From contig PNKC01000006.1 of assembly GCA_013822275.1 (NCBI GenBank), positions 2,667 through 66,666 on the forward strand: a stretch of DNA of 64,000 nucleotides. Direction: 5' to 3'. Below the pieces are notes generated by a model. It was not told the origin of the DNA. It did not search any database and saw only the letters and a program-made list of their open reading frames with translations. This document shows positions 27,831 through 36,961 of this stretch, piece by piece; positions within the stretch are counted from its first letter, which is position 1, and each line of letters begins with the position of its first letter. The translations under genes and the position numbers were made by a program. This DNA is from Anaerolinea sp. GTDB taxonomy: Bacteria > Chloroflexota > Dehalococcoidia > Tepidiformales > Tepidiformaceae.

Positions 27831-27847
27831 GGGTGGCGACGCCACCC
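27831..27847 (+). terminator. short GC hairpin after hsp20
   Basis: GGGTGGC-gac-GCCACCC immediately after the TAG stop. No T tract. Confidence 0.3.
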
Positions 27848-27930
27848 CCGGGCTACGCGCTACTGGCCGGACGGCCTGGTCCGTGCGGCCAACTCTTCTC
27901 GACACCAGGCGCAAACTGACGGAGGGGATC

Positions 27931-28239
27931 ATGGACACGGACGCGGATCGGCTCGAACGAGACCGGGAGCGCGACGGCTGGGTCGTCGACAGGGCTACCG
28001 GCCGCGTTGTCCGCAGGGGTTCCGCCACGCTGGCGGCGAAGGTGAAGGACGCCCTCGTTGAGGCGATGACCGAAGGCGCGCTTTCGCTTGACCCGGGGGA
28101 ATCGGACGCCCGAGCCGTACTGCCGGCGGAGCCGCCGGTTGAAGTCGCCGAGCCCATCGCGGCCCGGCCGAAGCGCCCGCCCGAAGCCCACGTCATGCCA
28201 GACGCCAGGGAGCTGGGCCGGGAGCGCCGGGGCTTCTGA
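27931..28239 (+). CDS. hypothetical protein (102 aa)
   Basis: ATG at 27931 preceded by GGAGGGG. Coding-like bias. Charged, low-complexity sequence. No family recognised. Confidence 0.45.
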   Translation: MDTDADRLERDRERDGWVVDRATGRVVRRGSATLAAKVKDALVEAMTEGALSLDPGESDARAVLPAEPPVEVAEPIAARPKRPPEAHVMPDARELGRERRGF

Positions 28240-28281
28240 TCCCTCTTCCGCTGCGCCGCAGCGGGACAGACCACGCGCCCT

Positions 28282-29331
28282 TCACGCGCCCGCTTCGAGC
28301 CGTGCCAGCAGCATCTGGCGGTAATCCCGGTCGCGAAGCGCGGTGAGCATCCGCCGGTGTGGTTCGAGGAATTGGGCTGCGGCGCGGTTGCCTTCGATGA
28401 AGCGCGCCCGGTAGGCCCAGGTGCTGTGGAGTTGCGCCTGCCACCACATCTCGACGCCCTCCGCGCAGTCTTCCAGGGGCAGGTGGGAGCGGTAGGCGGC
28501 AAGATAGGCGCCACACAGGTCCGGCTTCCAGAGTTCCATGAACGACAGCGCGCGGATCACTTCGAAGACCGGCGGCAGGAGCCCCGCAATCTCCCAGTCA
28601 ACAACGGCGGCGACGCCGCCCGCTGCATTGATGATGACGTTCCGTTCGTGGTAGTCGCCGTGACAGCACTGCCGGTGCAGGTGCCCGAAATCCGAGGCGG
28701 GCCTCGCATCAACTGACTGGAGCATCTCCATCTGCTCGCGGACCGCATCCTGGAGGCGAAGCTGCTCCGGCGTGTTCGCGGGGTAGTAGCGGATCAGGTC
28801 ATCAACTCTGGCGAGCACGTCAAGCGCTTCGTCTGCATCCCAGTCACTCCCTGTCTTGCCGCTCGGCAAACGGCTGTCCGCGAAGTCGCGCAGGGCGACA
28901 TGGATGCGGCCCTGCATGTCTCCCAGCACGCGCGCCTGGGCGGCGGTGATGGCCCCCCGTTCGAAGTGGCCGCCGTCGATCCACGGGTAGACGGAGATGA
29001 ACTGGTTGGTGACCGAGTGGAGCGCGCGGCCCTGGTTGTCCGCCAGCGGCGCGAACACGGGGACACCGTGGTCCCCCGCGTACGCGATGACGGCCGCCTC
29101 AAGCTCCAACCGTTCGCGGGGACGCGTCTTACGATGGAAGCGGACGAAGCGCTCGCCGGCGGAGGTGGGGACGCGGTAGTTTTCGTTGAGTACGGACGCG
29201 GCCACCGGCCGTGGTTCGCCCGCCAGTTCAAGGCCGTAGCGCATAACCACTTCAACGATCGACTGGCGGCGCAAGCGCGGCAGGGAAGGGAGGGGCGGCT
29301 CCGGTTCAAGCGACATCCGGGCATTCTGCAC
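28282..29331 (-). CDS. phosphotransferase (APH / homoserine kinase type II-like) family protein
   Basis: Catalytic loop CCHGDYHERNVII and metal-binding VVDWE motif. Overall kinase-like fold pattern. Confidence 0.7.
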   Translation of the reverse strand: MQNARMSLEPEPPLPSLPRLRRQSIVEVVMRYGLELAGEPRPVAASVLNENYRVPTSAGERFVRFHRKTRPRERLELEAAVIAYAGDHGVPVFAPLADNQGRALHSVTNQFISVYPWIDGGHFERGAITAAQARVLGDMQGRIHVALRDFADSRLPSGKTGSDWDADEALDVLARVDDLIRYYPANTPEQLRLQDAVREQMEMLQSVDARPASDFGHLHRQCCHGDYHERNVIINAAGGVAAVVDWEIAGLLPPVFEVIRALSFMELWKPDLCGAYLAAYRSHLPLEDCAEGVEMWWQAQLHSTWAYRARFIEGNRAAAQFLEPHRRMLTALRDRDYRQMLLARLEAGA

Positions 29332-29348
29332 TACGGCAGTGGGACTCG

Positions 29349-29437
<89 letters not shown>

Positions 29438-29489
29438 GCGGTGGGGCCAGCAGCTATCGTACCAAGCCGCCGTTTTGCGGGCTTGCCGC

Positions 29490-29690
29490 CTACTTCGCGC
29501 GCCTGCGGCGATGCTTCGTCTTGTCGTCGAAGCGGTCCCAGTACTCGTTGTAGGCCTGGTGCGCGCCGCGCCGGCCCTCCGCAAGCATATCCTCGGCGGT
29601 ATCGCGGACTCCGAGCGCGATCGCTTTCGCCCAGGCGATGAGCGGGTGCTCTTCCCGGCCGCCCGGCGTCCGGGGCGCGGGGGCCGTCAC
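29490..29690 (-). CDS. hypothetical small basic protein (66 aa)
   Basis: ORF overlaps the stop of the upstream membrane-protein gene by 4 nt. Coding-like bias. Lys/Arg-rich tail. Confidence 0.45.
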   Translation of the reverse strand: MTAPAPRTPGGREEHPLIAWAKAIALGVRDTAEDMLAEGRRGAHQAYNEYWDRFDDKTKHRRRRAK

Positions 29691-30154
29691 TTCCGGCCCT
29701 TCTTGCGGCGGCCGCGGATCCGGTCTGGCAGGTTGGTGATGGCGCCCAGGCCGGTGCGCACGCCCTTCACGACGGCGTAGGTGCGGATAATCGGTGAAGC
29801 GACGGTTTCGCCGGCGAACTCCGTCGCTCCCCGGACGTTATCCAGCGATGCCTTGAGGGAGTCGATCGCCGGGACGGCGTTTTCGCGCAGAATCCGGCGG
29901 ACAAGGATCACCAGGAAGACCAGCGCCGCCAGCAGCGCCACCATGACGACACCGGCGAGCATCCAGAAGAGGGCCGTAAAGACGATGAGGATGTCGCGCC
30001 ATTCGCTCCACGCATCGGGAGCCGCCCAGGCATCGGGGACCGCCCCATCGGGGACGATGTTCGCATCGAAGTAACCGTCCGCAATCCAGCCAACGAGCAG
30101 ATAGACGAGGAAGATCAGGATGGCGGCGGAGACTACTGTGCCGAGAAATCGCAT
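29687..30154 (-). CDS. hypothetical membrane protein (DUF948-like C-terminal helix)
   Basis: Two TM helices, RBS GGGAGG. C-terminal region IDSLKASLDNVRGATEFAGETV resembles DUF948-type proteins (weak). Confidence 0.55.
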   Translation of the reverse strand: MRFLGTVVSAAILIFLVYLLVGWIADGYFDANIVPDGAVPDAWAAPDAWSEWRDILIVFTALFWMLAGVVMVALLAALVFLVILVRRILRENAVPAIDSLKASLDNVRGATEFAGETVASPIIRTYAVVKGVRTGLGAITNLPDRIRGRRKKGRK

Positions 30155-30180
30155 CGCCCGAACCTCCCAAACCTCTGGCG

Positions 30181-30209
30181 ATACTAGTTGAGATCCACGA
30201 GTGGAGCAA
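30181..30209 (-). promoter_or_regulatory. sigma70-like promoter for the 30154 operon
   Basis: Minus-strand TTGCTC (30209-30204), 17-nt spacer, TAGTAT (30186-30181), about 27 nt upstream of the ATG. Confidence 0.4.
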
Positions 30210-30369
30210 AGAATCGCGGGCGGGGGGGGATGCGCCGCCCCTGAAGTGTGAAGAAACGCTCATGCGCAGGCCCCTATAAGGGTTACCCCCGATGCCCCGC
30301 CGCCGCCCCTGCCGCGAAAATGGCGGAATCGACAACGCGAGGCTGGCGGCTCGTACGGAGGACCGTAAA

Positions 30370-30822
30370 ATGCCAGGGACGGGTGGAACAGCGCTACTGT
30401 CAGACGCCAGCCGGCAAAATGCTTCAGAGGCCCCCATGATCTTGGTCGTCGATGACGACGACCCGGTAAGGGTGATGCTTGCCCGCCTGCTCCGCACCCA
30501 GGGCTACGCCGTCGTGCAGGCCGCGAACGCCGAGCAGGCGCGGGGGTCGCTCGACCCGCGCCGTCCCGACCTCGTGATCAGCGACATCGTGATGCCCGGC
30601 GAATCGGGCATCGAACTCCGGCGGGCCATTGCCCAGCGCTGGCCAGAACTGCCGGTCATCCTGATCAGCGGCTACAGCGCCGAAGGGCCGGCGGAGTTCG
30701 CGGCGCGGACGCCGAACACGACGTTCGTCCAGAAACCGTTCGCCGCAGACCAGTTCCTCGCCCTGGTGGAGCAGACCCTCGCGACCTCATTCGCGCGCTC
30801 GCCGTTAGAACTGCAAGGCTAG
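30370..30822 (+). CDS. stand-alone response-regulator receiver protein (CheY-like)
   Basis: RBS GGAGGA 7 nt before the ATG at 30370. ILVVDDDD...DLVISDIVMPGESG...PVILISGY...KPF receiver motifs. No output domain. Confidence 0.8.
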   Translation: MPGTGGTALLSDASRQNASEAPMILVVDDDDPVRVMLARLLRTQGYAVVQAANAEQARGSLDPRRPDLVISDIVMPGESGIELRRAIAQRWPELPVILISGYSAEGPAEFAARTPNTTFVQKPFAADQFLALVEQTLATSFARSPLELQG

Positions 30823-32154
30823 GGCTTTGATCGCCCCCGCGAGCACCGCGGGGCTGATTGCGCGGGCCAGGAGCTCATCCAGGTAGCGCAGGTTGAACGC
30901 GCTGCCGGGGCCCATATCCGAGGACACCAGCAAGTTCGAAACGTAGGCATCGGCCAGCGGCTCGGGCGGCGATTGGCGCGTATCGACGGCCGGGTAGGCG
31001 GCCGCTACCAACTCGGCGAAAGATGCGAACCGGACGGTGGTATCCGGCAGCACGCGCGACACCCCCGCACTGGGGAGGACCCCGACCGATTCTGGGTACC
31101 GCCGGCCACTGTTCAGCATGGCGATGGCGTCGATGTTCAGTTCCCGCGCGAGCGTCGTCCCCGCCAGGGCTAGCTCCGGGTCCGCGGCGACAAGCTGGAG
31201 GTAGAGGAAGGCGTCAAAGGCCGTGGCGGCCACTTCCTCGCCCAAACCATCCTCGTCGTCGCAATGGACCGCTTCGTGGGCGAGGATCGGCATGAGGTGC
31301 TCGATGCGCTCTCCTTCGGCCACGGGGTTGATAGAGATGACGCGCTCCCCGCCGCGCGTGAACGTGACCCTCGCGATCAGCTCTGGCGCGTCCGGCGGGG
31401 GCTGGAACACGACCCTCGCGGCACGTTTGCCGGTGCAATTGCTCGCGGTGAACACCGCGTCTATGGCGGGTTCGGCGAACGTCCCGGTGAGGCCCGCGAA
31501 CGCAGCCCGCACCTTCGGCGAAGGGGCGATCGAGGATGGGATGGAGTCGTACCGCTCAAGCGCCCGTTTGCGCGTCCCGGCGTCGGCGCCACGGCGGTCC
31601 AGGGCCTGTCCCAGCGCCTCGCGCATGGCCGCGGGGTCTCGATCCGAGTCTTTCACTTCGGCGACCTTCGGAGAATCGAGCAGGCCGGGGTTCCCGAGCC
31701 TCATCGCCTGGCCGGCGAGCAAGGCGAGGGTGGGCGTGAATTCGGACTCAATGGCGATCGCGATTTCGCCCGTGGCGCCCTGGCGGAACGCCTTCTCGGC
31801 AATCCGGAGCATGGCGCCGAGGGGGATGACCTGGTCGACCTTGAGTATAATCACCCGGCCGTTCTCGGTACTCACGTCGGCGGAACGGACGAGGACTCGC
31901 CTGGCCGCGCCACCACCAGGGGGTGGCACGTCGACCTCGAAATGCGATGCCAGCGGGACGTTTGAGCGGGCCAGATCAACCGTCCGATCGAACCGCACTT
32001 CGATCGTCGAACTCAGTTTCGCTTCGCCATCGACCACGTCGCGCTCGGCGCGTGCTGAAGCGATCTCCGGCACCTGCCCCGGGTCGCCGCCCGAACAGCC
32101 AGCCGCCAGGCCCAGCAGGACCACCAGCAGTGGCGGCAGCGCAAGCACGCGCAC
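30805..32154 (-). CDS. lipoprotein with HExxH motif (putative metalloprotease-like), unknown family
   Basis: Lipobox LLGLAAGC. ILAHEAVHCDDEDGLGEEVAATAF carries HEAVH plus downstream Glu residues. Confidence 0.55.
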   Translation of the reverse strand: MRVLALPPLLVVLLGLAAGCSGGDPGQVPEIASARAERDVVDGEAKLSSTIEVRFDRTVDLARSNVPLASHFEVDVPPPGGGAARRVLVRSADVSTENGRVIILKVDQVIPLGAMLRIAEKAFRQGATGEIAIAIESEFTPTLALLAGQAMRLGNPGLLDSPKVAEVKDSDRDPAAMREALGQALDRRGADAGTRKRALERYDSIPSSIAPSPKVRAAFAGLTGTFAEPAIDAVFTASNCTGKRAARVVFQPPPDAPELIARVTFTRGGERVISINPVAEGERIEHLMPILAHEAVHCDDEDGLGEEVAATAFDAFLYLQLVAADPELALAGTTLARELNIDAIAMLNSGRRYPESVGVLPSAGVSRVLPDTTVRFASFAELVAAAYPAVDTRQSPPEPLADAYVSNLLVSSDMGPGSAFNLRYLDELLARAISPAVLAGAIKALALQF

Positions 32155-32167
32155 GCGAAATCCCTCC

Positions 32168-32953
32168 TCAGCGCCCCTTGTACTCAGGCTTCCGCTTCTC
32201 GGCGAAGGCGCGCGGGCCCTCCTTCGCGTCTTCCGTGGCCATCAGGCGCCCGAGCACGAGGTCTTCGTAGGCCAGGCCGTGTTCGAGCGGCATGTCCATG
32301 CCGCGGAGGATGGCCTCCTTGGCGGCGCGCACGGCGAGCGGCCCGCGCTCGCAGATCGTGTTCGCGATCTGCATGGCGCGGTCCATCAGCTCTTCGCGAG
32401 GGACAATGTGTGAGACGAGGCCGATGCGGAGGGCGGTCTCCGCATCCATCTGGTCGGCCGTGAGGATGAGGTAGTTCGCCCAGGCGAGGGGGATCGCGCG
32501 CGGCATCCGCTGCGTCCCGCCGGCGCCCGGCATGATCGCCCAGCGCACTTCCGGGAGGCCGAAGCGGGCCTCGGGGGCGCAGATCCGGATGTCGCAGGCG
32601 AGTGCCAGTTCCATCCCCCCAGCGAGGCAGAAGCCGTTCACCGCGGCGATGATCGGCTTGTAGATCGGCATCCGCTTGGTGAACCCGCCGAATGGCGCCG
32701 GCTTGCCCGCGAACTGATTCTCGCCGCGCGCGGTCGCCACCAGGTCCATACCCGTGGAGAACGACTTCTCGCCGATGCCGGTCAGGATTGCCACGCGCAG
32801 GTCGTCGTCGTCGCGAAAGTCCTCCCAGGCCTGCTGCATCTCGCGCGAAGTCTGCGCCGCGATTGCGTTGAGGGCTGACTCGCGGTTGATCGTGAGGACC
32901 GCGACGGGGCCCTTCTTTTCGTAGATGATGTGCTCGGAATTGAAGCTGCTCAT
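32168..32953 (-). CDS. enoyl-CoA hydratase/isomerase (crotonase) family protein
   Basis: ORF trimmed to the ATG at 32953. VAVLTINRESALNAI...FSTGMDL...AAVNGFCLAGGMELALACD crotonase signature. Confidence 0.85.
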   Translation of the reverse strand: MSSFNSEHIIYEKKGPVAVLTINRESALNAIAAQTSREMQQAWEDFRDDDDLRVAILTGIGEKSFSTGMDLVATARGENQFAGKPAPFGGFTKRMPIYKPIIAAVNGFCLAGGMELALACDIRICAPEARFGLPEVRWAIMPGAGGTQRMPRAIPLAWANYLILTADQMDAETALRIGLVSHIVPREELMDRAMQIANTICERGPLAVRAAKEAILRGMDMPLEHGLAYEDLVLGRLMATEDAKEGPRAFAEKRKPEYKGR

Positions 32954-32977
32954 ACCCTTCCCTCGCGAACAATAGTG

Positions 32978-33520
32978 ATGCCGGCTGAGCATACGCCTCC
33001 CGGTGATCCCGCGGCGATCGGCAGTCCTTACCTTGAGCGGAAGCTGAAGCCGGACGGGAGCTGGCGGGAGTACCGCTGCACTCTGCTCCACCGCGCCCCC
33101 GGCCTGGTGGTCGTCCGGTTCGTGATGGAAAAGGGCGGCGTCATCTTCGGGACGCCGATTGAGGTGCCACCGCGGTCAGTTTCCCACGGCTATTTCTGGG
33201 CACGCCGCCCCTACAACCTTTATCGCATGCGGATGGCGGACGGGCCGCTCATCGCCCACCGCTTCGATGCCGTGACGAATGTGATCATCCGGGAGGACGA
33301 AGTCTCTTACCGCGACCTCGTGCTGGATTGGTGGGTGCTGCCAGACGGGGCGATTTTCGAGGAAGACCACGAGGAGTTCGACGAATTGCGCGCCTCGGGC
33401 GCCCTGGCGGCGCGCGATGCGGAGACCGCCGAGGAAGCGGCCCGCCATGTGTGGTCGCGCTACCGCCACATCATCGATGACGTGGAGGCGTTCGAGCGTC
33501 GCCACGGGCTGCCGCTGTAG
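32978..33520 (+). CDS. DUF402 domain-containing protein
   Basis: KPDGSWREYRCTLL...YNLYRM...DLVLDWWVLPDG...EDHEEFDEL pattern of the DUF402 (nucleoside di/triphosphatase-like) family. Confidence 0.55.
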   Translation: MPAEHTPPGDPAAIGSPYLERKLKPDGSWREYRCTLLHRAPGLVVVRFVMEKGGVIFGTPIEVPPRSVSHGYFWARRPYNLYRMRMADGPLIAHRFDAVTNVIIREDEVSYRDLVLDWWVLPDGAIFEEDHEEFDELRASGALAARDAETAEEAARHVWSRYRHIIDDVEAFERRHGLPL

Positions 33521-33559
33521 CCCTTTACAGGCGGGCCGGGGCGGCTAATACTCCGGCGC

Positions 33560-33763
33560 ATGTGGGCCTTCTTTCGCCGCCAAACCTTCTACTTCATCTG
33601 GGGATTCGCCATCAGCCTGGCCGTCATCGTCGCCTGGAAAGTTGGCGTCAGCGACCTGCTGAACTACGCCATGATCAGCGCTGTGGTCGGTGTCGTGGTG
33701 TCGGCCACCATCTTCTTTCTCGAACGGAAGTTCCCCAATAACACCGTGACGAAGGTGGAGTAG
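33560..33763 (+). CDS. small membrane protein (67 aa, two TM helices)
   Basis: Hydrophobic ORF MWAFFRRQTFYFIWGFAISLAVIVAW...ISAVVGVVVSATIFFL. Confidence 0.45.
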   Translation: MWAFFRRQTFYFIWGFAISLAVIVAWKVGVSDLLNYAMISAVVGVVVSATIFFLERKFPNNTVTKVE

Positions 33764-33808
33764 GCTCCGGTCTGCATCTCTCGCCCGCCCGGTATACCCT
33801 TCGCTGAC

Positions 33809-34759
33809 ATGAGCAGCGCGCGCGTTTCCGCCGGCCGGGCCGCCTTCCAGGCGTTGCCGCAGCACCGCCAGGGTCTGCTTGGGGTAACCGGCGCGGCGGT
33901 GCTCTGGAGTTCCGGCGGGCTCTTCATCAAGTGGGTCTCCCTGGATGCGCTGGGCGTGACGATGTGGCGCTCGCTGCTGGCCGGCCTGACCATCTACCTC
34001 ATCGCGCGGCCGCCTTTGGTGAAGCCATGGCGCGCGGGGCGTCTCACCTGGGGGCTCGCGCTCAGCTACGCCGCCACCATGCTGCTTTTCGTCACGGCCA
34101 CAAAAACGACCACCGCGGCAAACGCCATCTTCCTCCAGTACACGGCGCCGCTCTACCTCCTCGTCCTTGGCGCGGCCGTGCTGGGCGAGCGCGCCACGCG
34201 GCTGGACGTCGCCACCGTCGCCGTGGCGTTTGGGGGGATGGGACTGTTCTTCGTGGGAAGGCTGGAGACCGACGAGGTCTGGGGCAACGTTGCCGCGCTG
34301 GGGTCCGGGGTGACACTGGCAATCATGATGCTGCTGCTCCGCCACAAAGGGTGCGGCCCGCACACGCGGCCCCAGGCGATGGTGCTCGGCAACGCCCTCC
34401 TCGTGGCCGGGTTGCTTGCGGTGAACCTGCTGCGCGGGGCCGGGGCGGTCTTCACGCCAGATGTCTCGGATGTGGCCGGCCTGCTCTTCCTTGGAATCGT
34501 CCAGATTGGCATCGCCTATGTCCTCTTCGCCTTCGCGATGACGCACGTCCAGGCCCTTGAAGCGTCGCTCATTGGCATGCTGGAACCGGTCCTGAACCCC
34601 GTGTGGGTGTTCATCTTCCTCGGGGAGACGCCGGGCTGGTGGGCCGTGCTGGGCGGCGCCATCCTTGTCATCGCCGTGGGCATCCGGACCTGGATAACGG
34701 AACGCGGCCGGCCCGCGGGAGACCTGTCGGACCTTGTCGTCCTCTCGGCTGAGACGTGA
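33809..34759 (+). CDS. EamA/DMT family transporter
   Basis: Ten predicted TM helices in two EamA repeats (WSSGGLFIKW..., LFLGIVQIGIAYVLFAFA). Confidence 0.8.
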   Translation: MSSARVSAGRAAFQALPQHRQGLLGVTGAAVLWSSGGLFIKWVSLDALGVTMWRSLLAGLTIYLIARPPLVKPWRAGRLTWGLALSYAATMLLFVTATKTTTAANAIFLQYTAPLYLLVLGAAVLGERATRLDVATVAVAFGGMGLFFVGRLETDEVWGNVAALGSGVTLAIMMLLLRHKGCGPHTRPQAMVLGNALLVAGLLAVNLLRGAGAVFTPDVSDVAGLLFLGIVQIGIAYVLFAFAMTHVQALEASLIGMLEPVLNPVWVFIFLGETPGWWAVLGGAILVIAVGIRTWITERGRPAGDLSDLVVLSAET

Positions 34760-35436
34760 GCCAGGCTGCGCGACTGCTGGCTATCTATCGCGAACTTGAA
34801 GCGATGCACGCCTGGCGCGGCTGGCACTGGTGGCCAGATGCGGACCCGTTCGAGGTGATCGTGGGCTCCATCCTTGTGCAGAACACGGCCTGGTCGAACG
34901 TGGAGCGGGCGCTGGACCGCCTTCGCGCCGCGGACGCCCTCAACCCCAACGCCATGCGCGCCCTGGACGACGCGAAACTCGAAGAACTCGTACGGCCCAG
35001 CGGCCAGTACCGCCAGAAGACGAAGAAGCTGCGCGCCTTCCTCGCGGTGGCGGACGCGCACGGAAGCCTTGAGAACCTTCTTGCCCTCGACCCGGCAACC
35101 CTGCGGCGCACACTCCTCGAAACCTGGGGCATCGGCGAGGAGACGGCCGACTGCATCGTCGTCTACGCCGCGCGTCAGCCCGCCTTCGCGATCGACGCTT
35201 ACACAAGACGCATCTTCTCTCGTCTCGGGCTGGGGCCTGGCGAGAACGCGTCTTACGGGGCCTGGCAGCAGTACTTCGTTGGCCACATCGCCGAAGACCG
35301 CGACACGTGGGCGCGCTACCATGCCCTGATCGTGATGCACGCCAAGCACATCTGCCGCAAGCAGCGCCCGCTCTGCGGCGAGTGCAGCCTGGCGCCGGGT
35401 TGCGGCTGGGCTGGGACGGCCTGGGCATCCACTTGA
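34756..35436 (+). CDS. endonuclease III-related HhH-GPD protein with Fe-S motif
   Basis: FEVIVGSILVQNTAWSNVERA, the HhH region, and C-terminal CRKQRPLCGECSLAPGC cluster ligands. Confidence 0.75.
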   Translation: MSQAARLLAIYRELEAMHAWRGWHWWPDADPFEVIVGSILVQNTAWSNVERALDRLRAADALNPNAMRALDDAKLEELVRPSGQYRQKTKKLRAFLAVADAHGSLENLLALDPATLRRTLLETWGIGEETADCIVVYAARQPAFAIDAYTRRIFSRLGLGPGENASYGAWQQYFVGHIAEDRDTWARYHALIVMHAKHICRKQRPLCGECSLAPGCGWAGTAWAST

Positions 35437-35462
35437 GCCGCTCAAAGCGGTGGCTGCTCCGC

Positions 35463-35900
35463 ATGGCTTACGCGGGCGTGACGTTGCGCCGAAAGTTGGC
35501 CGAACCGGTCACACTGGGCGTCCGCGTGCTCCTGGTGCGCGATTCGCAAGTGCTGCTCGTGCGCCACACCTATCGTGACGGATGGTATCTGCCGGGCGGC
35601 GGTGTAAAACGGCGGGAGACGCTCGAAGATGCCATCCGTCGAGAGGCACGTGAAGAGGTGGGAGCGACAGTAGATGACCTCCGGCTGATGGGTGTGTACT
35701 CGAACTTTGTCGAGGCGAAGAGCGACCACGTTGTCGTGTTCGTCTCCGAGGGCTTCACGCTCACGCCCGTGCAAAGCAGTGAGATCGCCGAATTGCGTTT
35801 CGTCCCGCTATCCGGCCTGCCCGCCGGGGTCTCGCCCGGGAGCGCGCGACGGATCGCGGAGTACCTCGAGAGGGTCGATGCGGCCGCGCGGCGCTGGTGA
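35463..35900 (+). CDS. NUDIX hydrolase
   Basis: NUDIX box GGGVKRRETLEDAIRREAREEVG. Confidence 0.85.
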   Translation: MAYAGVTLRRKLAEPVTLGVRVLLVRDSQVLLVRHTYRDGWYLPGGGVKRRETLEDAIRREAREEVGATVDDLRLMGVYSNFVEAKSDHVVVFVSEGFTLTPVQSSEIAELRFVPLSGLPAGVSPGSARRIAEYLERVDAAARRW

Positions 35901-35967
35901 CGCACCACTGTCCTCAAACTGCTACGCTCCAGCGAAAATCGCGCCCTCCGGCGCACCTGGAGCAGCC

Positions 35968-36846
35968 ATGAAACTCGGACTGCAGCTTTCGAACCTCACC
36001 TACGAAGGCGGCCCGCCAAAACTGGGCCAGAACCTCGCCACGATTGCCCGGGCAGCAGACGACGCCGGCTACAGCTCGATCTGGCTGATGGACCATCTCT
36101 TCCAGATCCCGCCGGTTGGGCCGGCGCAGCGCGAAATGCTGGAGGCCTACACCACGCTCGGCTACCTGGCCGCGCACACCTCCCGCGCGCGCCTCGGCAC
36201 CATGGTCACCGGCGTTACCTACCGCCACCCTGGCGTGCTCGCGAAGCAGGTGACGACGCTCGACGTGCTCTCCGGTGGACGCGCGATCCTCGGCATCGGC
36301 GCCGCCTGGTTCGAACGCGAGCACGTGGGCCTGGGCATCCCCTTCCCGCCGCTCAAAGAGCGCTTCGAACGGCTGGAGGACACACTCCAGATCTGCCTGC
36401 AGATGTGGAGCGAGAACGACGGGCCGTTCGAAGGGAAGCGCGTGACGCTGGCGGAAACGCTCAATTCGCCCCAGAGCCTCAGCCGGCCGCACCCGCCCAT
36501 CCTCATTGGCGGCGGCGGCGAGAAGAAGACTCTGCGGCTCGTGGCGAAATACGCCGACGCCTGCAACATCTTCGGCGAATCGCCGGAGTTCGTGAACCAC
36601 AAGCTCGAGGTCCTTCGGGAGCATTGCGAACGCGAGGGCCGTGACTACGCCACGATCGAGAAGACCGTCCTCACCCGCATGGATGTGGGCCCGAACGGCG
36701 AGAAGGTCGGCCAGCTCGTCGAGACGCTCGGCCGCCTCTCCGAAGTTGGTGTCCAGACGGCCATTGGCTACCTCTACGGCGTCGATTCGATCAAGCCGAT
36801 CGAGGTCGTGGGCGCCAGCCTGCTGCCGCAGATCGCCGGTCTGTAA
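35968..36846 (+). CDS. LLM-class F420-dependent oxidoreductase
   Basis: ATG at 35968. MKLGLQLSNL...AGYSSIWLMDHLFQ...ILGIGAAWFEREH pattern of luciferase-like monooxygenase F420 enzymes. Confidence 0.8.
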   Translation: MKLGLQLSNLTYEGGPPKLGQNLATIARAADDAGYSSIWLMDHLFQIPPVGPAQREMLEAYTTLGYLAAHTSRARLGTMVTGVTYRHPGVLAKQVTTLDVLSGGRAILGIGAAWFEREHVGLGIPFPPLKERFERLEDTLQICLQMWSENDGPFEGKRVTLAETLNSPQSLSRPHPPILIGGGGEKKTLRLVAKYADACNIFGESPEFVNHKLEVLREHCEREGRDYATIEKTVLTRMDVGPNGEKVGQLVETLGRLSEVGVQTAIGYLYGVDSIKPIEVVGASLLPQIAGL

Positions 36847-36961
36847 GGGAACCTCCGGCCCATCTTAGAGGGATCGTCCGGACCTGCCCTGTGCGCCCGG
36901 GTAGAGCAACCCTGAAGGATGGCTGGCCGCCAGGTCAGAAACGGCTGGCAGGAGGCTCCCA

